Below are positions 31,261 through 44,354 of a DNA stretch of 64,000 bases, piece after piece (within the stretch, counting starts at the first letter, position 1; each line of letters starts with the position of its first letter). Position numbers and translations under genes: made by a program. The DNA is from Trichoplax sp. H2. Lineage: Eukaryota. The stretch covers positions 248,001 to 312,000 of the forward strand of contig NOWV01000022.1 of NCBI GenBank assembly GCA_003344405.1, read 5' to 3'. The notes beneath the pieces are model-generated. The model did not search any database and was not told where the DNA came from. It saw nothing but the letters and a program-made list of their open reading frames with translations.

Positions 31261-34200
31261 ACTAAGATAAATGAATACATTACCTATTATCTATTCATAA
31301 TTTATAATTCATCCATTTGAATGGCTAAGTTAGTCGGGATAGTAATCACCATCATTTTATAATATTAAGAACGATATGAAAGAAAACAGATCGAGCTAAT
31401 AAAGAGAATGTTTTAAAAGCTTATAGGTTTATAATTCTACCCTACCAACATTAAATTAGCTTTCATAGGTTATACAATTTTATCTATCGATTAATCTAGT
31501 TGTAGCTACTGTATAAAATAGGATTAAACGAATTCATCTTAATTCAATCATTTTAATAATAATAATCTCGGCAATGCACGATTACATTACTAGTTATACC
31601 GGTTTACTACTGAGAATTTTTTACTCTCTTTGATTGATAGATTCAAGAATAATATAGCTAGGCGGAACGCTAATAATGAATTACATGTCTATCAAGTATC
31701 ATGACGGATCTCAACTATCTTTGTTTAATTCTTGGGAAGATATTAGTTTCTTTAATTAATCTACTGAATAGTAATTGTAATACAAATTCAGATTTGAACG
31801 AAAGGTAGCTACAGATAGGGAGAAAGGAAGTCGTCCTGCAATGATCATTAACTCGATACAGTGCTAAATCTTTTTTTATTAAGTACTGAACTATAATAGA
31901 TAGATTATACTTTCACGTGCTCACTAAATTTCCTATCTTTTAATGAGGTAGAAGTTAAGCATGGCAGAAAGTCATGCTCGAAAATACCATTAACTCAGCA
32001 GATGAACTTTTTCCCTCCTTTTAATTCTTTATCATCAAATATTGCATCTATCTTTATTTATAAATCACTTCAAAAGTTAGCCATGTTAAACAAATTGCAT
32101 AAATGATTGCAAATTAGTGATATAATTAATTAATGATTAATATTAATGATTTTAATATTTCCGTCTTTATACACGCTTCAATATGAGCACATTAAGATTA
32201 TACATTACTCGATGTTTGCTGTCGACTCTTCAATGACGGAATGGGTTTAATGCTGCCTTGCATAGCTATTGAAAGGGAATAAATGGATTATCCGATCTAT
32301 TCCGTCTTGTTTGATTAATCATTAGCCATAGTGTACTTATCCATTCAGTTTGTTGTAATAGAATCTCCATGGCTTAGTTGTATTAGTTTTAATAATAAAG
32401 CTGACTGCAGTAAGTTCCGTTGTAAATGTTGAAAGAACGTTAATCTACACAGATGATAGCTGTCAAATTGATTGAGGTTTTTGACAGTTCATTTTTAAGA
32501 ACTGTACTATTAAATTATAGAATAAATAGATCGACAGACGACTCTCTTTTTTCTCCATATTAAATAGTTTAGAGTGATATGTTTGTTAAGTCTATTTGTT
32601 GTACTTAAATTATATCTACTTCAAGTTGACATTATCTTAGTATACAATACAAAGTTAATCCGTGAAGGCCATCCAACCCAATACAATCGATCGAATTTAA
32701 TCCGAGCTATGTTTATAACAGTCATTATTTTCTCTGTGGCGCTACCGTAAACGGTAACCTGATGTTATTAACTATGCGTTACATTCTATCTATGATAGGC
32801 TTATGCTTTCCGGTTTGGACTAAAGGTTGGGAATAAGACCTTTTTTCTCAATAAAATTTTTAACGTTGAGTAATTTTATGTTAAACGATAGCAGATTTAA
32901 TGCATTCGTTTTCTCCTCCCATTCCTCTTGAGGGAAGTAATTCGTTCAGGAATAAGATTTTGAAATAAACGTAAATAAAATAGGTAAGTTCAATTTTACA
33001 CCATTAACAAACGCCAAAGTCAATATACTATCAGAGGTATTTAGACAGCTATGCTGTTATCATGTTAATTATAAAATTTTACTGAGTAATAACTCATGAA
33101 GAAAGAAGTTATTAAACGAGCTAATCAATAGTTTTAATCAACCATAAAGCATAAACTGTTGCTAGTAACTACCGTAGAAAGAGCATACGGATCATTCATA
33201 AGTAACTTTATCGGATAAGTATTTTTACTTATGCAGGGGTAGAGTGAAGAGATTATTAATCTAATGTATAGAATAAGGTCATAAATTGCAAATGAGTTTT
33301 TAATTACGTAAGGTTAACCAGTAAAATGTCATCTAACACAATTCATCGATAAACTCATGTAAGCAATCTTATTCAAGAATTAAACATTATATCATACTTG
33401 CCATAAGATTGATCAAAGTATAAGTTCCTTTTGATTAGTATGGTATCATTAATACTTGGTTTTAAATTTTCATGCCACTCTTTTTAAATCATGGAAAGAG
33501 CGACAATATTGTTAATAAGTAGAATATAGCAGTAAGGGTGATAAATTTTATATCTATAATAAAATCAAAACTCTTACTGTTGAGTAAGAGGATCTTGATT
33601 GAGGTGTAACTAACGCTCTACTTGGCCTATCGATTAATTAAAATGTTTATTTTTTGCACTATTGGCCAATAATTGATTGATGAGATATCATAGGAATGGC
33701 GTGAAGGTTTACAGTAAATCAAGAATATTGTTTAATTATAATTATTGATTTATTAAACTTAAGCCATAATTATGCATCATCTTGATTAATCTTAGTACTG
33801 TATTATATTGATTTTTTTCTAGCAATATTAAACATCTGTCTATGAAAAGTAATTGAAGAGGTATGGAAGAAAATATTATATCTAGAACATCACTCTAACT
33901 TATTAAAACTAGCTAGTTTCAATACATCATGACTGCAATTAATGTCGACAGAATCAAAGCATTTGTAAGAGGAAGAGAGTTAAATAAAAGATAGTTATAA
34001 TCATAAAAGGAGGTATAGAAATTGGTAAAATACCGTAATTAATCTATATGTTGTCCTATTACTTGCAATGTTCAAAGGACTGATCTATATTTTAAACTGG
34101 ATTATAATGGTTACTGAACATTGATGATAACAGAGGTAATTATCATCAGCAAATGGAATTCAAATCTAATTGAAGACTATACTTTATCGCTGCATTGTCT

Positions 34201-34584
34201 TAACTTATGGCTTTGCTTGATTATATTGAGGACTATGTGCATTGAAAAATGGTCGATGGGCATGAAATTAATTTCGAGGGATGGACAGCTTCTACACATT
34301 GCGTTACAATTGACATCTGTCTGATAGTTATGACGGTAACTCTGCAAACACCCACACACACTCATGGCAATTAATATAGAAAAAATTCTATTTCAAATAA
34401 GATTAGGCCCAGCACTACATGCAATCACATAGAATGAATATTTCCATCATTATCACGATGATATTTTAAAATCCTTATGGACATTGAATGATCTATACTG
34501 TTTAAAGGGTTTAGCACAGCTATTCGCGTGTAAAAATATGAGACGCTCAGCCTAAGTTATATTTTAAAACGGCTATTGAAATAT

Positions 34585-34920
34585 TGATATCTTGGAGGGA
34601 CTGTTATACAATCTGCTATCTTTCCTCACCACCTCCCCCACAGATAATTTATATGAGTCATTTTATCTATCTTATCTTCATTGTATAACATTAATCGGAT
34701 CAATTTATAGATAATAGCTCTCCATATTATCACTAGCGATCGCCTAAAAAATATTAAGATATCAACATTAGTTCATCTTCAGGCACATTCTAAACTATTT
34801 ACTTTAGTTAGTATAATATCGATATCTTGGATATGCTATTTGATACAATCTGCTGTCTTTCCCCACCTCCTCTGCGTCTTTATTTCTATAAAAGTCTCTT
34901 CTGTCAATCTTACTTCAATA
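34585..34920. repeat. Diverged local duplication
   Basis: GATATCTTGGA...ATACAATCTGCT.TCTTTCC...CCACCTCC at ~34586-34640 and ~34821-34872. Confidence 0.6.
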
Positions 34921-37900
34921 TTGTATCAATTTAATCATTTCAGATTTGACATAAGGCTTATCAAGCTAGTACTAGTAATCACTTCTTTCAGCATAATCTA
35001 TTATTACTTTTAAATTCATCGCAAATTGTATAACAATTTTCTCAAAATTAGCATCATTTTGTCAGTAATTAGTAAATTTCAACCAACCTGATAGTTACTA
35101 AGCTAAGAATATTAAAATACATACAGATTACGATGTATATACAAGTTACGAAAATGATCATTTAGACTATATGCCATTTCTTGTATGGTACGAAGTAGCA
35201 GATGTCGAGAGTTTGTGGTGATAAGTCAATTCTTAAGTTAAATAATTAAATAATCATAAGGAAAGATGTTGAAATCATTTAAGAATAAACAAAAGAAAAG
35301 GATTATACTATATTGACTTTACTTGATTGATTGATTGATAGGTGTATTGAAAGCTGTAGTATTACTGTTGACAGTGCTAAAAAATGAGGTAAAATAGGAA
35401 ATCGATCTCGTACGATATCGCGCTATTATTAATCACTGTATACTGTCAATTTAGTCTATATATATCACAAATATGCACAGTCGTATAGTATCTTTCAAGT
35501 AGAATAATCAAGACAGATTGTACTTTAATGATTAGAGCTATATGTTACCAGTAAAATATTAGATGATAAGATACGATAAGCTTTTTAGGTTAAATAATGA
35601 TTAAATTTCAGTAAGATCCGTGTATACTTTGTACCTACTGTGGTCATTAATTAGAGCCAGGTTGCTCATATGTCAAATCCCGGCTTATTTTGGTTTATTG
35701 AACATCGTGCATAAAAAATTACATCACTTTAGCATTAAGTATGGAAAATGTAGATAGATGTATCGATATATTCGTGAATAAGAAACCGTCATAGCTAATC
35801 TGAAATCATAATTAAATCGCTATTTAGGTAGGCAATAAATCTATTAGATAGGATAATAATTTACTAATCGATAATAAGTTAATAACTATTTTGTCATTTG
35901 ATTAAATTTGATCGGCAACGTTATTTACTCATCTGATCGCATGATTGAGGAGTACCAACTACTAATGATCCAATAATGACGTAGAGCCTGTTATCTGATC
36001 TGTCAATCAAATTGATTAGGAATAATTAATTTAAATGCAATAAAACATATTGACTCATTTTCTATTGTTTTCCTATTGCTGTTTGCTCTTATTATATCAG
36101 ATCAGAATAGTTATACAATCTTTTCATAATTATATTGAATTTGAGATAGATTAATGATAAAATAAAGTAAGCAAGGAAAAAAATAGATAGCATTCGACAG
36201 CATTAGGATTGCTATTTTACCAGATGTCAGTCTTGAAGCGTTATCGATAGCTCAAGACTATTTTATTAAACGATGAACTTATTCTCATCTTACCATTTAG
36301 CAATATAATTTTGTCTTTATTTAGTCTATAAACAAAATTAAATTACTTGAACATAGATTATAAAATGTATTCGTTAAGACAGAATTGAAGGGTTGATTAT
36401 GATGATGATACCTGCACAGTTGTTGTTATTTATCCAAATCGATCATTTTCTACGCTGATCTGATTTATACTAATGCTGACTACATACGCCATAGTTTTAA
36501 TATAAAATAAGACATTGAATCTAGCAATCATGCGAATAATAATCAAACCTTACATGAACAATCTAATCTGCATCGGCATTTTGCTTGCATCGTTTTAGTT
36601 TACCATATCAAAATCAAATACTAGTATGTGAATTAGCTATCACGTTTATTATCAATACTCGTTGATATACATCAGCAATCTAAAATCTACAGATTGATAT
36701 AAAATCTTCAAAATAATTTGCAGAAGTGTTGCCAGTATATAATCATTGTCTTTTGAAATACCATATGTCATCACTTCATAGACTTAATCGATCGATTACT
36801 ATATGTCCAAAGTTAGAATAAATTATAATAATCTGTGTTCTAAATTCCCCTATTTGACCTAGCTTGTACCATAAGCTATAACCGAAACACGGATATGGTT
36901 CTCAAGGAATGCAATTAGACAGTAGAGAATACAGAGAGCTCTTAAGTCTTATTTTTAACGAATACAGTCATACTATGGTTACATCTAAATATAATACTGC
37001 TAGTCAATCGGGGCTACACTGAAGGAATAATACATATAATTTTATACTGTAGCTTCTATTTCAATGGAAATAACTAGTAACATCCATAATATTTAAATTA
37101 AATTGGAATCAACATATAGCGGACTTTATGCCAAGATGCAATAAATGATCAGGCTTTTCTTTGATTTAGAACTAAAATCAGTTAAAGAGAAGAGGATAAA
37201 ATGGAATGGGATGGGTAGATTAATAGGGGTTAATTTCGTAGATGTTACTATAGCGTTTCTTGAAATCACTTAATTACAACTGAACAATAACAATAATAAG
37301 ATAAGATCTTTGTAAATAATCCAACATCAAGTCTTTCCAGCATTTAACTCAAACTACGTATGTCAATGATGTTTTTATTAACATTAATGGAACCGGTGTG
37401 CCGAAAAAATTACCGTTTGTTAAATATTAGATCGCTACACTAATAAACAACAAATACAATAGCCACGGGCAATAAAAATCACATTTGTTACAAGTTAACC
37501 CGTGAACTACGTAAATGAAATTAGCCAAAATTACATATCTCGTTTGTAGAGTAGTAAACAAGATACATATTTAGTATGTCTCCAATGTTCAATAAATTTA
37601 TTGAAGTCAATATTAGTAATAACTATTAATTCATATGAAGGAAACGACTTTAATTAATATAGGATTATTAGAATTATTGTTTACGAAATCGAAGTGACTA
37701 TGTATGTAATTATTTTCACTGTACCTCTTAGTCTAATTTTATAGATTTCTCCATCATTTTAATATTGCATTCATACGTTAAAATGCCTAACTAATACAGA
37801 TTAGATACTTCGGTAAGGGCTAGTTGCTAATTATAATCGAATTTAAGAACAGATTGTAGTAGGTTCATGATAAGATACGTTGTAAATACATTGACATATA

Positions 37901-40900
37901 CAATATCAGTTATTTTGGTAGATCTGACCATTAGTTGGTACGTCGATCAACATAGACGGATATACTTTTGTAAATTAAGCTAGCGATCTAGTCCTAACTA
38001 AAGTCGTAATTAATCTATTCTCTATTACTGGTAACTCCTAAATTTTAGTTCTTTGATTGCATCTTAATCTTAAACATATGTACGATACAAAACTTATAAG
38101 AAGTATTTCTTATCATTTCTATAACGCAATTTTGGGTTTTTAAAACAAAATCAATAAATTCAATAGCGCTAAATCAATAGCCATTATTACTAATCTATTT
38201 AGTTATCATGCATCATTACAGTGTGATGAAGGAATAAATAAAATAAAATTTTTATCTTTATACATATTTTTACAGAGTATATGCAAGAATTATCGTGTTA
38301 AGCGGTAGAAAAGGTAATGATTGCGTTTTTAACAATATTTTCTTAACTTTTGATAACGTGAATTTTACGAAAAGCCTACTATTTTCTTGATAGCCCAGTC
38401 CATAGTTTTGGAATAAGTATCGACGTGAGGTTCAACACTTATTTATATAATAAACAATAGCTGATGTCTATAAATGATTGTCAACAATTGTGCGACAATT
38501 TTGAAAACAACATCGCAGTTATTGATCCACTGAAATCACAGCAAAATAGTAAATTTAAAATTGATCTAGAACTAAAAATATTAGATAGCGTATCGTCTGA
38601 GGTAATATATTACGAGTTAAAATTATTACCTAAAAGTCAAATGGACCGTATAATTGCATATAAATTAGATAATTAAATTGATTCTGTAATATAGATGAGA
38701 CTTTGTATATGAAAATATTAACAATATTAACAACTACCATATGATTCTGAAATAGTATTTGATTTTATTGATATCAATGGATAGAGGGAAAATATTGTTC
38801 AGGTACATTGTTAGTATGCGTATTGGACATAATTTCATGCTGATAGAGTAGTCATTGCAGTGGAAGTTTAACATGATATATCATACTCTAGAGTATAGAG
38901 TTATTTAAGAGTATCGAAAGGGGTAGCTTGTATAATACTTTTATCTGGAGTCTTTAAAGTAGCAAGATAGCACTAATACAGTGGCTAAAACAAGAAATGG
39001 TGTTAACTATATTTTTATTTATATGATTGATGATGATAATGGATAACAAAATTATAAATCTCGGGTACAAGTCATCTTCAAGTTAAGTTTTTTGGGAAAA
39101 AATCATGGACATATAATACTCATTTCTGTTATGTTATTTAACAGATCTACTTGATTTTTGAGCCAGCAGTAGCTTTTTCTTTGATCATCAGATCATCTAC
39201 AAATACAAAGTTGTGATCTAATAATATCCCTAGAATCAGTAGTGATCTAATCAATCATACCATATTTCATCTATTCGAAATCGAAAGTGTGAGAATAGCA
39301 ACAAATTATTTAGAAATATTATGTTGATATGATATTAAATGCTGCTTAATATGATAATGCTTATTCATTAGAGTCGATGATATTTCCTATTAATTTTCTG
39401 CTGTAGTTAAGAAAAACACAATATAACATTTGGCTAAATTGGTTGTCCAATAAATCATTACGATACTATTGGGCAATTGAGATCCAAAGCAAGTAGTTGC
39501 GTGGCAACAGTGTCAGGTTTTTAAGATGATTGTTCTGACCACAGATAACAATAAAAAGCAAATTTTCTATGTCTATGACTGCAATCTTATATATATATAT
39601 ATATAATACGTAGTGATACATGAAATAAAAGCAGAAAATTGATCGTCTTTTAAATTACCTTTATCTATTAACTATTACGTAAAATAATATCCTATAGCTA
39701 ACAGAAGTAAAAATTGATTCTAATATGATATCATTCCAATGGTATAATAGTGAGGTAGAGACACATGTATTGAGAAGGAATGAGAGATGTATAGAAGACG
39801 GAAAGAAGTTGGCAAAATGAGGAATGAGGATATACGAATTTGTAACTATATATATATATGTATATATTGGTTATAAATTTCCGGTAAAAATCGGCGAATA
39901 AAACGTTCATCTATTACATCTATGTAAGTATATCAAGTAAATCATGACAAGTAAAGAATTGAAGATCTTAAAAAATCAATATGTAAAGATTTTTGAATAG
40001 GTAAAGGTGGACAAAAATCGATTTTTATTATTACGTGATTTCTATCATTTTATCTGTAATACCTATATGTCCATACTATGAATTAACAAAATAATACGGG
40101 AAAACGACTTTAAATAGGAACATCCGCGGCTTTCTTTCGAATCTTAATTAGCGTTACTATTAGGCAATTCGTTATAGCTTCTCACTTAAAAATTTGGAGT
40201 AATGACGATATTTAGCCCTGGCGTACCTGGTTGCAGTGTGATATTATCCTGCACAAAGATGAACACACATCGAATTCCATTGTTGGGCAATGTAATTCCA
40301 GTTATTATAATACATCTCGATAGGAGGTTCAAGTTATCGTTAGGATAATAAATACGATACTTGATGATGTATTCTTCGATAGTCTGTGTTTGAAAAGTGA
40401 AATTTTAGACCGAGTGCTTATCATTCTTAAATAATTTTGTATAATTATCATTAGATACCAGCTTAGATGGATATAGGGTAGAGCGTATCGCATAGTAGTA
40501 ATCGGTTGTCGCCAGTGATGTATTGCATGGCTTCACTTCAGAATTATTTCAGATAATTTGTCAATTTATATAGGATAGGATGCTTATAACGGATGGTGTG
40601 AACTTTATTGAGAAAATTATAAATAAAGATGGGGAGCCAGCAGCAAAAATTTCCATCGATACATACTGAGAAGCGGGTAAAGGAAAGATATAGTTCAGTG
40701 TAGATGAGGATCAACTTATTTCCAGGCAATATATATCTTCATGACCAAGGACGAATCTATGACTTGCATACTAAATAAATGAAATTCTTCGTCTTTGAAG
40801 CGCGAATAACAATAAAATTATAATTTTAAAGTCATAATAACTTGAAGGTTCGATCAGTCTGCCAGACCCATTCCACTTCATTTTAAGGCATTAAAATCGC

Positions 40901-42261
40901 TATAAATGGATGATATCAGTGTTACGAGTTTGCAATCATATTCTATTCGCTTATGAGAAGTGATCTAATTAGCAAATCATAATCTTCTATAATTATCCAT
41001 TTAATTCCATTGAAATTGGTATAATATAGATATTATAGAAAGGTATACGAGTCTTTGTTGATTGCCTATTGTTATGGAGATCGATAACTGTGCCATTTTG
41101 TATAGAATAAATATTGAGCCCCACATGTATATTCTACTCCTGAAAGTTCGCTTATTCTTTCCTAATGATGTAATCTTGTAGAAAAAAACAGAATCGAATC
41201 TTGCTTATAGCTTGCGTTCGATAAAATCTTTGAAATACATATGCAATATGCTATGAATCATGATTAATTACACAGATCTAGTTGACTAAAGTATCTTCAG
41301 CCATATTAATAGAAATCCGCGTTAGATCTTGAAGTGACATTGTCCTAGATAACTTCTTGACTATAATAACTTAGTGACCAGCGCAAGTATAAAAATAGAG
41401 AAATAATTCTCCTAGGTTCGTGCTTAATTTCTCGTCATCATGATTCTTCCCTTGAACTCGAAAAATGTTTCTATCGCATTATCGGTAGCCTTTATCTTGC
41501 AAGTGTCAATAGTATAAATTGCCATACTTGTAGGTTGTTCATCGAATCTAAATGCTGATTTCTGTAATCTTTTAAAAAGCAAGCGAAATTACCGCATCGA
41601 TGTTTGTATTAGCTGATTATGTCTTTGCATTAAAATATATATGTTGATAAAATCATCGGGTATACGTTTCTATCGCTGATTAAGACCTTTGTTTTGATTA
41701 TTATTGATAGGTTTGATATTGAGAAATCAAAATATGAATCATTGTGTCTATTTTCAATGCTGATAACTAAATCCATGAGTGCTTTCATTGACTGAAAACT
41801 TAAGCGAAACCGTCTCTTTTATATGCATATTATCAATTCCTACATGATGCCTTGCATTAAAAGTTTACATCTCACTATATAAATACCATTTGCATTTATG
41901 GTAATTACGCAAGAGAAATTGAATCATAGTAACTAAGACAAAATCGGCTATATCTATCCGCTTGATGGTAAAAATGATATTTCCGATTTCTATAGCGGAT
42001 AATTGTCTATATCTTAAAATCCATGTTATGATTGTATCGTTTTTGTAGCTTTTAATCTTAAAATCTGTATCTAAAACTACCATCATACTTTAAAATAAAA
42101 GTTATCATGTTAATATTATAATCAGGCGTAATTTCTTGTTCTAAATAGGAATTACCGTATAATCTCAATATTATTATTATAAGCTGCATATCCTATCAAC
42201 AGTAGGGATACAATAACCAATACGGTAGATATTATTGAAGTGGATATGCAATATGGTGGGA

Positions 42262-43494
42262 TTAGTTATTTCCTGTAGAGAAATTATTACCGGTCATAAA
42301 ATTACTATTTAAATTACTACCACCGATACCAAATGCGGAAGTTGCTGAATTCATGCTGCCTGGAGCAGAATTGAAACCAGCGCCAGCATTAAAGCCAGTT
42401 ATTCCCAAATGATCAGACATTTGGCCAGATGATGTTGGATTCATGAAATTTTGTGATGAAAACATTGGATAATAAGGTGCGTTAACAGCGGCTACTGCTG
42501 CCTCACTTGTTACCACTGATGATTGATCCATATAACCTGATGATTTAGACATAGCAAATTGTGAAGGCCCCCCTAATGGTGGTTGCATGCCTTGTGCTGA
42601 ATGATTGATATTATAATGGCCGGCTGTTGTCCCTTGTGGTGTATGATATGGTAAGTGAATTGCTTCGCCATCATGATTAGGTATAATATTACGGATAGCA
42701 AATGGATGATTAAATCCATGAGCTGGTTTATAAGGATGCATTGAAGTTGGGCCACCACCTGCGGCTGGATTTTGCGATGGATAAGTTGGATATTGTGGTT
42801 GTGGTTGCGGTAGGATAGCATTATGTTGAGAACGTGGCATACTTAATCCTATGTTCACATTGGGTGGTTTATGCTGTTGTGAGTTGGGTACTTGTTGTTG
42901 CTGGCCTAAACTATTTTTCAAGATATCATTGGAAACTAAAGGTCCACCACTTTTATTCTTATCAATTTTAAATCTTTTTTGACGTCTTAAATAGCAACCA
43001 TTTTCGAACATATTACCCGAATCTGGATGGAGTGTCCAGTAATTACCTTTACCTGGTTTATCCGGTGAACGTGGCACTTTAACAAAGCAATCATTAAAGG
43101 ATAAGCTATGGCGAATTGAATTTTGCCAACGTTGTTGATTTTGTCGATAAAAAGGGAATAAATCCATAATAAATTGATAGATATCACTTAATGTCATCAT
43201 TTTATTAGGGGATTGTTGGATTGCCATGGTGATTAATGATATATAGGAATAAGGAGGTTTAGCATATTGATTGCTATTACCACTTGCGTTACGTCGTGAA
43301 GTTTTATCTTTATTGCCAGTTTTATTACCACTACCTTTGCCCATCATGGTACCATTGCCGTTAGCATTTGGATCACCCATCACGACACCAGCGGGAGCAT
43401 TTGGATTACCTCCGTGTTCGACGCCAGATACAACTGATTTACTATTAGTATTTGCATTTCCTCCAGCTGTTGCGTTCATTTTCTCATCGATCAT
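42262..43494 (-). CDS. FoxA: Forkhead box A (HNF3/fork head) transcription factor, intronless, 410 aa
   Basis: Forkhead domain [99 protein letters not shown] is diagnostic of class A. C-terminal [11 protein letters not shown] matches the FoxA region II (eh1-like) motif. Confidence 0.97.
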   Translation of the reverse strand: MIDEKMNATAGGNANTNSKSVVSGVEHGGNPNAPAGVVMGDPNANGNGTMMGKGSGNKTGNKDKTSRRNASGNSNQYAKPPYSYISLITMAIQQSPNKMMTLSDIYQFIMDLFPFYRQNQQRWQNSIRHSLSFNDCFVKVPRSPDKPGKGNYWTLHPDSGNMFENGCYLRRQKRFKIDKNKSGGPLVSNDILKNSLGQQQQVPNSQQHKPPNVNIGLSMPRSQHNAILPQPQPQYPTYPSQNPAAGGGPTSMHPYKPAHGFNHPFAIRNIIPNHDGEAIHLPYHTPQGTTAGHYNINHSAQGMQPPLGGPSQFAMSKSSGYMDQSSVVTSEAAVAAVNAPYYPMFSSQNFMNPTSSGQMSDHLGITGFNAGAGFNSAPGSMNSATSAFGIGGSNLNSNFMTGNNFSTGNN

Positions 43495-44354
43495 ATTTAG
43501 AAATTCCGTTTTGAAATAGTTTGGAGCGTTGCCTTTGGATTACTTTATACTAGGTGTACTTTTTCTTCTTGTAATCAAATTCTTGTATTCGATTATCAAT
43601 GTTACTAGACTATTGATTAGCTATTATGTGCTCTATAGCTAATATTGAAATGATCACTTACTGTTGAGAGAAAAAAAAAGTTGTTAAATTATTTGTTAAT
43701 CCTTTTCATTTCAACACAACTTGATGTGATCTTTATGTAAGCAATAATACTAACAGTTGCAGACTAATCGAAATCTAATATGATTGTTATTTACCTCCTT
43801 TTCTATTGATGCTTTGACTACTATATTTTTTTATCTTTTGATATCTGCAAATAAGTTGATTTCTTTTTTTCTACTTTGGTTTGGTCTCGCTGAATCAACT
43901 CTCTCTTTTTAAAATAAAATTTTTTTTTCCTTCCTTAAAGCGGATATGGTAAACCTTTAGTGTAGAGATAAGGATATTATTTATGAATTTAAAATAGTGG
44001 ACGCTTATTAGGTTATTTTATCGAGAGAGAGAAAAAAGAAATTAAAGTGGAAGTTTAACACTTTTAAAGAATGCCTCACTGTCATAAATAGCGCTTACTA
44101 CTATGCTACTAATAATATACAGTAAAATAAATCATTTCCTCCCTTGAACAGTAACTATTTACTTCTTGGATGTAATTTAGTCGGCCTAATAAAATGTATG
44201 AGAAAATAAAGTCTTTACTGTTATACTAATACAGAATAAAAACTTCATTGTGGAAAATTGGAGTAAAAGAAAGAACAAGATCAACAAAAATAATATTAGT
44301 TTAGATCCGGTGATGTCCATTTATCTCAATTGATTATTTCTTCTTTATCTATTG

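Noticed and set aside
43271..43519. Antisense ORF and alternate-frame ORFs (42573-42821, 42987-43187) overlapping FoxA
   Set aside because: Shadow ORFs of the FoxA coding sequence with no recognisable motifs.
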